Below, piece by piece: positions 20,062 through 29,679 of a DNA stretch of 64,000 bases (positions are counted from its first letter, which is position 1; every line of letters begins with the position of its first letter). This stretch comes from Candidatus Thorarchaeota archaeon (GTDB taxonomy: Archaea; Asgardarchaeota; Thorarchaeia; Thorarchaeales; Thorarchaeaceae). The stretch is taken from positions 1-64,000 of the forward strand of contig RDOC01000006.1 of assembly GCA_011364985.1 (NCBI GenBank), in the 5' to 3' direction. The translations under genes and the position numbers were made by a program. Under the pieces are notes generated by a model. It ran no database searches and was not told where the DNA came from. It saw only the letters and a list, made by a program, of their open reading frames with translations.

Positions 20062-21096
20062 ATGGAATTGGAGCCCTTGCTTCTAGGCGCCTTGCTCGTC
20101 ATCAGTTTTCTTGTTGCTTTTGCAATTGGAAGTAATGATGAAGCCATGGCGCCGGCAGTCGGAGCAAATGTGTTCACAGTCAGAACTGCAGTACTCATTG
20201 GAGGATTCATCACCATAGTCGGAGCCGTTTCCTTGGGTAGCAATGTTTCAGAGAAAGTAGGGTCTGACTTGGTAGGGGGAAAGACTGTATCAACAGAGAT
20301 GGTCTTTTCTGTTCTTATATCGATAGCAATATGGCTGATTATAGCCTCATCAACTAAAGGGCTTCCAATTAGTACAACTCAGTGCATTGTTGGTTCGATT
20401 ATAGGGGTTGCTGGTTTTGCTCCTTTTGTAGGATATGATGGATGGGGCATGGAGGCAATCGACTGGTTTGTTGTTCTAGAGGTCTTTGCTGGATGGATTA
20501 TCTCCCCAATTATCGGGTTCCTGATTGCCGCAGCCGTGTTCGCAGTCGTGAGAAGACTTCAGAAACGGGCCCAAGGTTTTACTGCTCTTGAGAGGCAAGA
20601 GCAAATTGCAGCATACGGGCTTGCGGTCTTTCTTATAATAACCTCCTTAAGTAGGGGTGGTAATGACGTTGCCAATGCAATTGCACCGGTTATTGTGCTG
20701 CCAGAGTTTCTAGGAACTACTCAATTGGGGCCATTTGTTTTCTCGGCCACATTGATCCCGCTTCTTGTTGGCGGTTGCGGAATGGCTTTGGGCCTTATTG
20801 TCATCGGTCGAAAAGTAATCAAGACTCTTGCAACAGAAGTTGTTTCTCTCTCTCCATCTTCGGCACTCTCAGCAACCATCTCAGTTGCTGTGATTCTGCT
20901 TCTTGGAACACTTATTGGGTTACCACTTAGTGGGACTCATCTGCTTGTTGCGGCTCTTATTGCGGTAGGATGGGTTGCTGATACTCCTGTCCAGATGCAA
21001 CAAGTGAAAGAGATACTGATATCTTGGATCGTCACTGTTCCAGTATCGGCCATTTTGGGAGTGGCGGTTCTCTGGATGATCGCACCTATCTTCTAA
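20062..21096 (+). CDS. inorganic phosphate transporter (PiT family)
   Basis: GSND, GLPISTTQ, GGNDVANA and GLPLSGTH PiT signatures. Confidence 0.92.
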   Translation: MELEPLLLGALLVISFLVAFAIGSNDEAMAPAVGANVFTVRTAVLIGGFITIVGAVSLGSNVSEKVGSDLVGGKTVSTEMVFSVLISIAIWLIIASSTKGLPISTTQCIVGSIIGVAGFAPFVGYDGWGMEAIDWFVVLEVFAGWIISPIIGFLIAAAVFAVVRRLQKRAQGFTALERQEQIAAYGLAVFLIITSLSRGGNDVANAIAPVIVLPEFLGTTQLGPFVFSATLIPLLVGGCGMALGLIVIGRKVIKTLATEVVSLSPSSALSATISVAVILLLGTLIGLPLSGTHLLVAALIAVGWVADTPVQMQQVKEILISWIVTVPVSAILGVAVLWMIAPIF

Positions 21097-21922
21097 GCCT
21101 CTTCTTGATTCTTTCGTGTCTGACGATGGGAATCCTATGGATGAGTAAGAAGTCCTTCGCTTGAGAGCCAAGTGCTCTAGCCTCATCTTCGGAGAGATGG
21201 ACTCTCCTCTTTGATCTGGGAGTTTCTCTTCTAGTTGCCTCGATTATTGCCAAATCTGAACCGCAAACTAGATTCTCGACGGCTTTGCATGAACGTGTGT
21301 CACCTGTATATGCAAGAAGAGTCTTGCCAACTCTTACTGTATAACCTACGGCAGGCATCAATATCTCGTTCTCTTCATCTATATTCTCCATTCCAAAATG
21401 TTCTACTTGATGAGCCTTCACCTTGAAGGAAGCTGTGCCGAAAACGGCCCCATCAAGCATTTCATGGAATTCAATTGAATATGGCAGTGTTTCGCTGTAG
21501 ATTTTCCTGAAGTGGGTAATGACGGTGATTGCTTCAATACAGCCTTTCGGAAGCAGGATATGCAAAGGGCGACTTCTTTTCATCATTCTTAGGAATCCGA
21601 GAAGGGTATGAAGGCCACCCATATGGTCAAAATGGCCGTGGGAAATCGCAAGAAGGTCAATGGCTTCAATGAAGCTTCTCTCACCTTTGGAGAGAAGGTC
21701 TCTTGTGGCGCCGTCTCCCACATCTAACAACATGATTCTTTCAGTTGCCTTTGAAATGACAACTATTATAGTGCTCACTCCTGCAGCGCTATAAGGAATA
21801 TGAACTGTCACTTCCTCATTCTCCCACTGGAAAGGACCTGTAATTGCACTCAGCTTTTTCACCATCTGAAAGGAATGAATCGAGACCTTGAGGGATGAAA
21901 CGATTTCACCCCTCAATTGCAC
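21086..21922 (-). CDS. MBL-fold metallohydrolase (RNase Z-like)
   Basis: LLDVGDG, SHGHFDH, YTGDT and IEAT motifs. Confidence 0.85.
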   Translation of the reverse strand: MQLRGEIVSSLKVSIHSFQMVKKLSAITGPFQWENEEVTVHIPYSAAGVSTIIVVISKATERIMLLDVGDGATRDLLSKGERSFIEAIDLLAISHGHFDHMGGLHTLLGFLRMMKRSRPLHILLPKGCIEAITVITHFRKIYSETLPYSIEFHEMLDGAVFGTASFKVKAHQVEHFGMENIDEENEILMPAVGYTVRVGKTLLAYTGDTRSCKAVENLVCGSDLAIIEATRRETPRSKRRVHLSEDEARALGSQAKDFLLIHRIPIVRHERIKKRLRR

Positions 21923-21928
21923 TTGAAG

Positions 21929-23032
21929 TTAGTCGTAACCCATTGCAGGTACTCGAGCCAAGAGGTTCATGAGATACCCTATTAGGACAGACACTACTAG
22001 ACCCGCAGTGGCAAAGAGAAGAACATCAACCCAAGTCGGAACAGCTCCACTCATGAGCTGAACAATGCTCCAGTAGACACTAGAAAGGGTGAGTCCGGAG
22101 AAAGCGACTTTCTTTAATGGGACCTTCACACTCTTGGTCTGAAAGGCACCAATCTTTGTCATCGCAGCTGCAAGTGTACCACCATCATCGCGTTTCAGCT
22201 TCAGCGCCCTTGATAGCTTGCCTACGGGCACCTTGCTCTTCGGCTTGACGATGTCCATGGCTTTTGGAGCTCTCTTAGCTATGTCTTCGGATACACCTTC
22301 TCTCATTACCATGTTCACAAGTTCATCTTTGCCAATTTTCTCGCCAGACCTCTTTGACTTCCGTCTGAGAACAACTGCAGAAGGGAATATATCCGTGCCT
22401 TGTTTCATCTTCCTTGCTGCTAGAATACCCCGTTGGAACTCGTCCAGAGCCAACAGGAGGGAGAAGATGGCCATGACAGCAAACCCGACCGTAATCAGTC
22501 CATTCACAGACATCAAAGCAGCCGCACCTTGGGGTCCTATCTGTAGCACAAAATGGTCTGATACTGTGTCATTTACTGTGGGGGTGGACAGAAGCGAATA
22601 TGTGAAAGTGAATCTACCCGTGATTGTGCCTGACAGGAAATCTAAGCCACTTGAGCCGAAAAGTTCAGAAAGTGGAATTGTCCCGTTTAGAAGATTTGCA
22701 CAGTGTCCTGATGGAAGGGAAATCTCCAGGGGAAACGGATTGTTCACAAAAGGAACGCCCATGTATTCCATTGTAAATAGCCCCGAATGAATGGTGAGAT
22801 TCTTGCCTGTTTGAATATCCAAAGTAATAGGCAAGTCCTCCGAAAGGTTGACTGGAATTGGACTTGATATATCCGAATCAGCTGCGGAAACTCCATCAAC
22901 TTCAAGGAGAAACGCCAATTCATTATTGCCGCTCCATCCGGTTGGTTGGGCAGCAGTGGGCTGCACAGCAGATGAGCATAGAAGAATAGCAACCAGTACG
23001 AGAAGCGCCAGGTCTGACAGTGTCGTTCGCAA
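21929..23032 (-). CDS. secreted/membrane hypothetical protein
   Basis: Signal peptide, extracellular domain, TM, basic cytosolic domain, two C-terminal TMs. Confidence 0.7.
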   Translation of the reverse strand: MRTTLSDLALLVLVAILLCSSAVQPTAAQPTGWSGNNELAFLLEVDGVSAADSDISSPIPVNLSEDLPITLDIQTGKNLTIHSGLFTMEYMGVPFVNNPFPLEISLPSGHCANLLNGTIPLSELFGSSGLDFLSGTITGRFTFTYSLLSTPTVNDTVSDHFVLQIGPQGAAALMSVNGLITVGFAVMAIFSLLLALDEFQRGILAARKMKQGTDIFPSAVVLRRKSKRSGEKIGKDELVNMVMREGVSEDIAKRAPKAMDIVKPKSKVPVGKLSRALKLKRDDGGTLAAAMTKIGAFQTKSVKVPLKKVAFSGLTLSSVYWSIVQLMSGAVPTWVDVLLFATAGLVVSVLIGYLMNLLARVPAMGYD

Positions 23033-23123
23033 TTCTTGGAGACCTCATTAATCTGAATACCCCTCTTGGATAGTGGATTCTCTCTTTTATGATATCTGGT
23101 GCTTTTATACTATTGAGAGATAT

Positions 23124-23501
23124 TTACGAGTCCTCTTTATCAAGTCCAAGAGCCTCATTGAGTTGTTTATCGAATTCTTTGTCTGCTTCTTCTGGATCGA
23201 AGACAACCTTAGGTCTTGAAATAGGCTGATCTGGCAGCTCCCAATTTGATGCCAAACCCAGCCCAAAACCAGCCCCTGTAGAAAGAATACTCAGTACTGC
23301 TTCAAAAGTGCCAACATCTATGATTGATCCTAGTGCAAGAATAATGATGGTACCTCCAAGCAAAGTGAAAGATAGTCCAATTAGGGCTCGATCACGAAGG
23401 GTCAGCCGCTTAGCTCCACCTATGGCATAGCCAACTATAAATCCGATCAACAAGCCGGGTGCACCGAATAAGAATCGGTCATAGGGAGTAAATGGCTGCA
23501 A
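23124..23501 (-). CDS. small membrane protein
   Basis: Three Gly-rich TM segments and an acidic tail. Confidence 0.7.
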   Translation of the reverse strand: MQPFTPYDRFLFGAPGLLIGFIVGYAIGGAKRLTLRDRALIGLSFTLLGGTIIILALGSIIDVGTFEAVLSILSTGAGFGLGLASNWELPDQPISRPKVVFDPEEADKEFDKQLNEALGLDKEDS

Positions 23502-23610
23502 CTGACTCTACCTCTTTGTGGTATATTCATGGTACTCTCAGAGCATAGATAATCCTTGCCATCTTCCTCTGTCAAAACAGTTTTACCATTGAAGATTGTA
23601 GAGATCCCTT

Positions 23611-24180
23611 GTGAGCAAAATGGGCGAAGAAACGAACATGATATTGCATGAGATTGTGAAACGTCGGAGTGGACGTGCGTTCTCTCAAAAGCCAATATCT
23701 GACGAGATGCTTGGTTCTATTCTTCAAGCAGGAAGAAGAGCACCATCTTGCGCAAACACTCAGGCTTGGAACTTCATTGTTCTGAAATCACCAGATGTAC
23801 TCGAAAAGGCTCATGAAGCATTGTCAAGAGGAAATGCATGGGGAAAACGGGCCCCAATTATGGTCATTGTCGCAGCAAAGGAAAATGCGGGATGCGGGGC
23901 ACATGGACTGCCGTATTTCATGATGGATATTGGCCTAGCCACAGAGAACATACTCCTTCAGTCAGTTCATCTTGGACTTATGGCGCACCCAACGGCAGGA
24001 TGGGATGAAGAGAGACTCAAGGAAATCACGGGAATTCCTGAGGAGTATCGAATTGGCACTGTCATATTCATCGGGTACGAAGACGATCTTGACAAGCTAG
24101 ATGAGAGAACCAAAGAAAAGGAGAAGATGGGCTTCTCTAGGAAGCCACTATCTGAGATTGTCCACTTGGATAAGTGGTAG
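23611..24180 (+). CDS. nitroreductase family protein
   Basis: RRSGRAF, APSCANTQAWNF and ENILLQ...GL motifs. Confidence 0.92.
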   Translation: MSKMGEETNMILHEIVKRRSGRAFSQKPISDEMLGSILQAGRRAPSCANTQAWNFIVLKSPDVLEKAHEALSRGNAWGKRAPIMVIVAAKENAGCGAHGLPYFMMDIGLATENILLQSVHLGLMAHPTAGWDEERLKEITGIPEEYRIGTVIFIGYEDDLDKLDERTKEKEKMGFSRKPLSEIVHLDKW

Positions 24181-24181
24181 A

Positions 24182-24349
24182 TCACGGCTTGTATTCCATC
24201 ACGTGCCCACAATGTGATGGCAGGCTCTGGTGTCCACAAGCAGCACCCATCCAACACACCAGTTGATCACCCTCTTGATGCATTTCGCGGCCGCAGTGAA
24301 CAGGTACTGTGACTTCTTCTCCACATTTAACACATACTAGTTTGGCCAT
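24182..24349 (-). CDS. 55-aa Cys/His-rich metal-binding microprotein (not in ORF track)
   Basis: MAKLVCVKCGEEVTVPVHCGREMHQEGDQLVCWMGAACGHQSLPSHCGHVMEYKP; duplicated LVC...CG...PxHCGxxM unit. Confidence 0.8.
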   Translation of the reverse strand: MAKLVCVKCGEEVTVPVHCGREMHQEGDQLVCWMGAACGHQSLPSHCGHVMEYKP

Positions 24350-24420
24350 TATGATATCCTCTTGTGAATTCTTGGCTTAACAATAGTGAAATTATCGGCT
24401 ATAAACCTTTACTTCTGACA

Positions 24421-25686
24421 TCAAGAACCAATAGGGTGGTACTTCCTTGAGTCCTCGCTGAATACTTTCTCGGATGTTTTGTTAGCTCCTGGCGTGTCGA
24501 GTTCAATATCTCGTCTTTGTCCTTTATCCAGAGAAAGAATCTCTCTAAAAACCTCATTCTGGATTATAAGCCGCTGTACTTCATTACTTCCAGTCCAAAT
24601 TGTAGCTAATCTTGCATCGCGGTATAACCGCTCAATAGGATACACATCTGTGTAACCAATTCCACCCAGAATCTGCATTGCTTCATGAACCGCCTGAAAG
24701 CCGGCTTCGGTGGCAAAAACCTTCGCTTGAGATACCTCTTTTCGGCACCAAGCCCCTGTATCGGCGACCTTAGCAGCACGATAAACAAGCCCTCTTGCAG
24801 CATCTAGTTGGGTCATGCAGTCGGCTACCTTGAAACTAATAGCTTCGAACCTCCGTATCTGGCGCCCAAATGCCTCACGCTTGTCAGCATATCGAGCAGC
24901 AATCTCCAGAGCAATTTGACCCATGCCAATGGGCCCTGCAGCTGAAGTCAATCGTTCAGGAACCATCATTGCATTAAACACAGCGTTCCCATCGTTAAGA
25001 TCACCCACAAGGCGATCCTTCGAGACTTCTGTGTTTCTCATTACTATGCGTGCTGCGCCCATTCCTCTGCAGCCCATGAGCTCATACTCTTCTTCTACTT
25101 TGACACCGTCGTCCCTTTCCACAATGAAAGCGCTGAGTGATTTGTGGGGAGCTGCCTGAAAATCCGTCTTAGCATATACAAGAAAATAGTCAGCCCCAAC
25201 GCCGCCTGCTACGAACCGCTTCTCACCATTAAGGATGAAGTCGTCATCCTGCTCAACTGCTGTTGTGTTCGTGCCGAAGAAGTCAGAACCCCCTCTTGGC
25301 TCTGACAGACCCTCTCCACAGATCATTTTACCCTTCAGTGTAGGCAGCAAGTACTTCTTCTTCTGTTCAGCCGAACCGAATCTGTTGATTCCTTCACCGA
25401 TTATGCTAGGCAGGGAATAGGCACATCCCAACGCAATTCCCAATACGCCCATTTCTTCAACGGCAAGCATTTCAGAAACCCAGCCAAGATTTCTTCCACC
25501 AAATTCCTTAGGAAATCGAAGGCCCAGAAGTTTGGCCTTCCCTGCGGCTCGAATGAATTCGTATGGATATTCCTTTTCGCGTGAGTCCATTGCAATTATC
25601 AGACTACTGTCAACTTTGTCCCGAACAAAAGCGCGTACCTCCTCGCGAAGATTAATCTCATTCTTGGTAAGTAGCACATCAAACAA
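24421..25686 (-). CDS. acyl-CoA dehydrogenase
   Basis: LSEPRGGSD, LNGEKRF and QILGGIGY...ERLYRDAR...GSNEVQR motifs. Confidence 0.95.
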   Translation of the reverse strand: MFDVLLTKNEINLREEVRAFVRDKVDSSLIIAMDSREKEYPYEFIRAAGKAKLLGLRFPKEFGGRNLGWVSEMLAVEEMGVLGIALGCAYSLPSIIGEGINRFGSAEQKKKYLLPTLKGKMICGEGLSEPRGGSDFFGTNTTAVEQDDDFILNGEKRFVAGGVGADYFLVYAKTDFQAAPHKSLSAFIVERDDGVKVEEEYELMGCRGMGAARIVMRNTEVSKDRLVGDLNDGNAVFNAMMVPERLTSAAGPIGMGQIALEIAARYADKREAFGRQIRRFEAISFKVADCMTQLDAARGLVYRAAKVADTGAWCRKEVSQAKVFATEAGFQAVHEAMQILGGIGYTDVYPIERLYRDARLATIWTGSNEVQRLIIQNEVFREILSLDKGQRRDIELDTPGANKTSEKVFSEDSRKYHPIGS

Positions 25687-25709
25687 TGTTCAGACCTCTA
25701 TTGAAATTC

Positions 25710-26051
25710 CTATACATCGCCCAATAAAGAATCTAAGGTTTCTTGAGAACCATCCTGACGGTGGACATGTATGGCCTCAACTGGACAAACAATCTCGCAG
25801 AGCAAACAAATGATGCATTCATTCTCATTTAATGGGTCAACAACCTGCACACCCTGGGGTGTCTTCCACGGCACAAAGACATCTGTAGGACATGCGCTAA
25901 TGCACTTCATGCATCCGATGCAGGATTCGATAAGAACCCCAACAGCCATTCCATGAATCTCATCTTTGCCTGTTTCACTTCGCCATACTGAATGGCCTTC
26001 ATGCTTTGAAACGATTCTCCAGTCATTTCTGAAATTATTATCAATTGGCAC
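25710..26051 (-). CDS. 2x[4Fe-4S] ferredoxin
   Basis: CIGCMKCISACP and CIICLLCEIVCP. Confidence 0.92.
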   Translation of the reverse strand: MPIDNNFRNDWRIVSKHEGHSVWRSETGKDEIHGMAVGVLIESCIGCMKCISACPTDVFVPWKTPQGVQVVDPLNENECIICLLCEIVCPVEAIHVHRQDGSQETLDSLLGDV

Positions 26052-26101
26052 ATCATAAGAGCTACAGGAGATTCTATTGAGTGTATTTCTGAAGCTAGAT
26101 G

Positions 26102-26989
26102 CTAGTGTCCTTCCGCGTCATTAAGGAGGTAGTTCAGTATACTTCGCCAGATAGTTCCATCATCACGCCATTTATTCTCGAAATTGTTGATGTTAATCCA
26201 TTCTTGAAGCGCATCCTTAGCAGAGCTTGGGAAAGAATCACTAGACACATCCTCAATATATCCCAATTTGAAAAGAGCATTCTGAATCATCCACCCTATG
26301 TCGCCATCAATGGTGAGCAGCTGACTCGGATCCTCGCGGGATAGAAGTGTCATATCATAAAGACGAAATACTCGTTCGAGTTCATCGATTGGAGCTGGAT
26401 GGTCATCGACTCTGACGTCAACATACCGATCATTTCTTCCTTCATATCCACCCTTCTTCCGAACAACCAAAATGGCGGCCGATTGCATTCCTCTTCTATC
26501 TCCACCAGCTGCCTGACCTGCCTTTAAGGCAGCAAAAAGTCGGGCTACTAAATCGCCCTGCGTGAATTCGTATGCGCTCACCATGTCAGCAATAACAGAT
26601 TCACCAGCAAGAATATTGCCTTGACAGATGTAGCCCTTTCCAGCAATATGGCCGGCCCAATCCATGCATAGGTCTCCGGTATGAGCTGCCACTCGGCCAG
26701 ATGAGTCAACTATTCCAACTTGTCGATGCTCAGCCATCTCGTCAGCCTCCAACAGCGATTTTAGAACCTCTGGTGCAGACATCCCCTTTTCTAAAAGATC
26801 CAGACCAACTGGACCATATGATGCATTGGCCCAAGCCTGCGTGGCCACAGCACCGATTTCTGCTCGAGCCCAAGGAACAATTGAACCTACTGCTGGAAAC
26901 TTCGATTGAACTATGATTCCTAGATCGCCGTTCTCAGGGTCACGAGCCACCACTGAAAAGGTGGATAGGATTGGGAAAATCACTGGCAA
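26102..26989 (-). CDS. DUF1028 (Ntn-hydrolase-like) protein
   Basis: TFSVVARD, GAVATQA, QGNILAG, GGDRRG and VRVDDH motifs. Confidence 0.88.
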   Translation of the reverse strand: MPVIFPILSTFSVVARDPENGDLGIIVQSKFPAVGSIVPWARAEIGAVATQAWANASYGPVGLDLLEKGMSAPEVLKSLLEADEMAEHRQVGIVDSSGRVAAHTGDLCMDWAGHIAGKGYICQGNILAGESVIADMVSAYEFTQGDLVARLFAALKAGQAAGGDRRGMQSAAILVVRKKGGYEGRNDRYVDVRVDDHPAPIDELERVFRLYDMTLLSREDPSQLLTIDGDIGWMIQNALFKLGYIEDVSSDSFPSSAKDALQEWININNFENKWRDDGTIWRSILNYLLNDAEGH

Positions 26990-27080
26990 GTCACCTTTTC
27001 TTTCACCTTGATGAATGATGATTCAGTAGTTTGCTATTGCTGTATGATTTCAAAGCAAGTCTTAAGTGAATTGAAGGCCC

Positions 27081-27608
27081 GTGTTGAATTTGTCGTATAA
27101 CTTCGGAGAGCCTTCATTGATGTCGGACGTCTATGTATGGTATACAACTGCAACTGGGCTTGAGAAAAGCTTGAAGACGAATCCTGAAGAAACGAGCATA
27201 AACTTGGACCTGCATGACATTATGTCAATAGACCTTCAACCAGTTATATGGTGCTCAAAATTGGAAGAACTAAGTTTGAGAAGTAACCAGCTCAAAGAGA
27301 TTGATTTATCCTCTCTAAGCAAATGCAAAGAACTCAAGGCTCTAAGACTCAATAACAATCTACTGCAATCTTTGAACCTGGCGCCTCTGGAAAGCTGTGC
27401 CAAGCTCCAGGAAATCACACTGAATCATAACCAGATCCGTCACTTGGATATCTCGCCACTTTTTCACTGCAACAATCTCGTTGAAATGAAATTGGATGAA
27501 CGTACTTCATTGTTGGCAGATCTTACTCTAAAGTCGGTAGGAAGCTGGCCCGACGTACTGGTCGAGAGATTCCACAGAATACTCTGGAAAATCCCTGAGG
27601 AAACATGA
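27081..27608 (+). CDS. leucine-rich repeat protein
   Basis: Repeated LxxLxLxxNxL units of 22 aa. Confidence 0.88.
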   Translation: MLNLSYNFGEPSLMSDVYVWYTTATGLEKSLKTNPEETSINLDLHDIMSIDLQPVIWCSKLEELSLRSNQLKEIDLSSLSKCKELKALRLNNNLLQSLNLAPLESCAKLQEITLNHNQIRHLDISPLFHCNNLVEMKLDERTSLLADLTLKSVGSWPDVLVERFHRILWKIPEET

Positions 27609-27689
27609 TTGTCCAGAAATAGAAACAAGATGGGCTTGATTCCTCCGGGTCCGGTTGTGTGTCCAAGAGTTACTGGGGATCCGATTATT

Positions 27690-28640
27690 CTATTGTTTTG
27701 ACCTAATACCTATGATAACAAGTGCCACAATGCTTAGGCCCCCAGCTAGAAACAGAAGTTGGTCATAATCTATGCTCAAATCATCCCATATTGAGACGGC
27801 CGAAGATCCAGAAATTCCAAGTGTGGGGTCATAGTCAAGGTTCCCCTCAAAATGTGCAAAGGTCAAATAGATGGCACTATATTCCTCATCACACGTATCT
27901 TGCCCATATGAGCCCTTGACCTGGACCTGATGCGTTCCATTTGTAGCAAAGGCATTTTGAGTGTATTCCATATATGCGTGACCAAATGTGAACCTGTTTT
28001 CAGAGTGGATTACCTCAGAAGGCTGCTCAGTATCATCATTCTGTTCATGAGCACTCTGTGCGACATTAAATTGAAAGACCAAGACCGAGATGTCTTCTGC
28101 CCAATTCCACCCAGACAAATAAAGGTCGAACTTGAACTGCTGTGGTGTTGCCAGATAGAAGTGCACACGAATCTGAATCTCAAAGGCATCGGAAGCGGAT
28201 TCCGTGGCTGGTGTGGATGGCGGACCCTGAAAAGTAAAAGTTTCGGTATTTGTGAAATTGAAATGCACCGCCGTAATGATATCATTCTGATGCTCTTCAT
28301 AGAAACCACTGAATTCCCAGTTTGGGGAATGAAGTGCAAAGGATTGCCCGATGATGTGATCCTCATTTGCCGAAAAGACCGTATCACTGTTAGAGTCATT
28401 TGCCTCAAATATCCTCACGAACTGCACGTGATAGTCATCTCCAGGTGCTGTGAGATTCCACCACTGGAAATGAGGCACTTGATTGATTGCACTCACTCTG
28501 ATTCCTATCTCGTCGTTGGTGAGAACCACAACCCCATTCGCAAATTGATACTGAATTCCACTCCATTGAGCAGAAACGGCAGGCAGTGTTGCCAGAGCTA
28601 TCACTAGTGATATTGCGAAGAGAAGATGTAGTTTACTCAC
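27690..28640 (-). CDS. secreted, C-terminally anchored protein (paralog A)
   Basis: Signal peptide, FEANDSNSD, KFDLYLSGWNW, YDPTLG, then a TM and basic tail. Confidence 0.8.
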   Translation of the reverse strand: MSKLHLLFAISLVIALATLPAVSAQWSGIQYQFANGVVVLTNDEIGIRVSAINQVPHFQWWNLTAPGDDYHVQFVRIFEANDSNSDTVFSANEDHIIGQSFALHSPNWEFSGFYEEHQNDIITAVHFNFTNTETFTFQGPPSTPATESASDAFEIQIRVHFYLATPQQFKFDLYLSGWNWAEDISVLVFQFNVAQSAHEQNDDTEQPSEVIHSENRFTFGHAYMEYTQNAFATNGTHQVQVKGSYGQDTCDEEYSAIYLTFAHFEGNLDYDPTLGISGSSAVSIWDDLSIDYDQLLFLAGGLSIVALVIIGIRSKQ

Positions 28641-28669
28641 GTATGGTCATCCGTAATAGGATAAATCAA

Positions 28670-28728
28670 ATAGGTATATAATAGTTCTATTCGATATCTA
28701 CGGAAATATTACTTCGATGAACCTCGAA
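28670..28728 (-). promoter_or_regulatory. conserved promoter/operator block of paralog A (phased TCGA plus TTATATA)
   Basis: 46/59 nt identical to 32280-32338. Confidence 0.7.
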
Positions 28729-28744
28729 TTCATTACTCAATTAA

Positions 28745-29575
28745 TCATAAGGGAATTGAAGAGTTCAGCAGAGCAAGAAGCAACAGATTTGCGTTAGTAA
28801 CGAGAAGTGTGACAATTGCAGCACGTGAAAACCTAACAGCTCTAGCACGCGAAACAGCCGTAGTGAGAATGTAAGTACTCCATGCAATTACAAAGGTCAG
28901 AAGAATCGTCAGAGGCCAGCCACTAATAAGCGTAATCTGTGGAAGGAAGTACCACATTAGTTCCAGAAGGACATGCGGAAAGAAAGCGATTGGGATTGTT
29001 GCAAATAGCCCTAGAGAGAAGCCTGCCTTCTTGAGAATCGGATATGAAAGTATCTCAACAATAAAATAGGTTGTAATCCAAGCTCCAAAGGCAGCCAATA
29101 TAGTGATGCCAGCATTGAACGTACCCTCCAAGAAAAACAGAAAGATGGGAACTAGTCCAACTTCTGATGCCAAATATCCATAGAGACCGAGGAATAATAC
29201 TATCTCAAAGAAGAATCTCCACGGATCGTTTTGGATACGTTGTATAATTGGACGCAGAGAGAGAAGATTCTGAACCAGAGGAATGCCTTTGTTGGGGCGT
29301 TCCTGATCTTTGGAAAGCCATGCAAGAATATCCTCGCTTTGAAGGATGATTTCGTAAGCAGCTTGACCCAACTCGGTTAAGGAATATAGTTTCTTTCCAG
29401 GACGAGCTATAAGAGGATCATCTGATTTCGATAGGATATCTAGATGGAAGTAGAGCGTACCTGGTTCGAGGCCAAGTTCAGTCAAATCGGTATAGGAAAC
29501 AGCTCCCTGATTTCCAATCATGTGAATAATCTGCCTTCTGATCTTGTGTGACACTGCATTGAGCACTTTATCCAT
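28745..29575 (-). CDS. membrane-bound wHTH (ArsR-like) regulator
   Basis: AVSHKIRRQII...GTLYFHL...YSLTELG followed by about 5-6 TMs; ATG 29575 preferred because the track start overlaps the divergent gene. Confidence 0.75.
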   Translation of the reverse strand: MDKVLNAVSHKIRRQIIHMIGNQGAVSYTDLTELGLEPGTLYFHLDILSKSDDPLIARPGKKLYSLTELGQAAYEIILQSEDILAWLSKDQERPNKGIPLVQNLLSLRPIIQRIQNDPWRFFFEIVLFLGLYGYLASEVGLVPIFLFFLEGTFNAGITILAAFGAWITTYFIVEILSYPILKKAGFSLGLFATIPIAFFPHVLLELMWYFLPQITLISGWPLTILLTFVIAWSTYILTTAVSRARAVRFSRAAIVTLLVTNANLLLLALLNSSIPL

Positions 29576-29619
29576 CACAGCATCGTTGTCCAGCAGATTT
29601 AGCCCCCTTGTGTCCGGTT

Positions 29620-29646
29620 TGTATATTAGGCTGAGTCTAATATAAA
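29620..29646. promoter_or_regulatory. imperfect palindrome TGTATATTAGGC-TGA-GTCTAATATAAA in divergent promoter
   Basis: 10/12 arm match, located between the wHTH-TM gene and paralog B. Confidence 0.5.
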
Positions 29647-29679
29647 CACTTATCCGTCTCCATTCTACTGCCGAAAATA

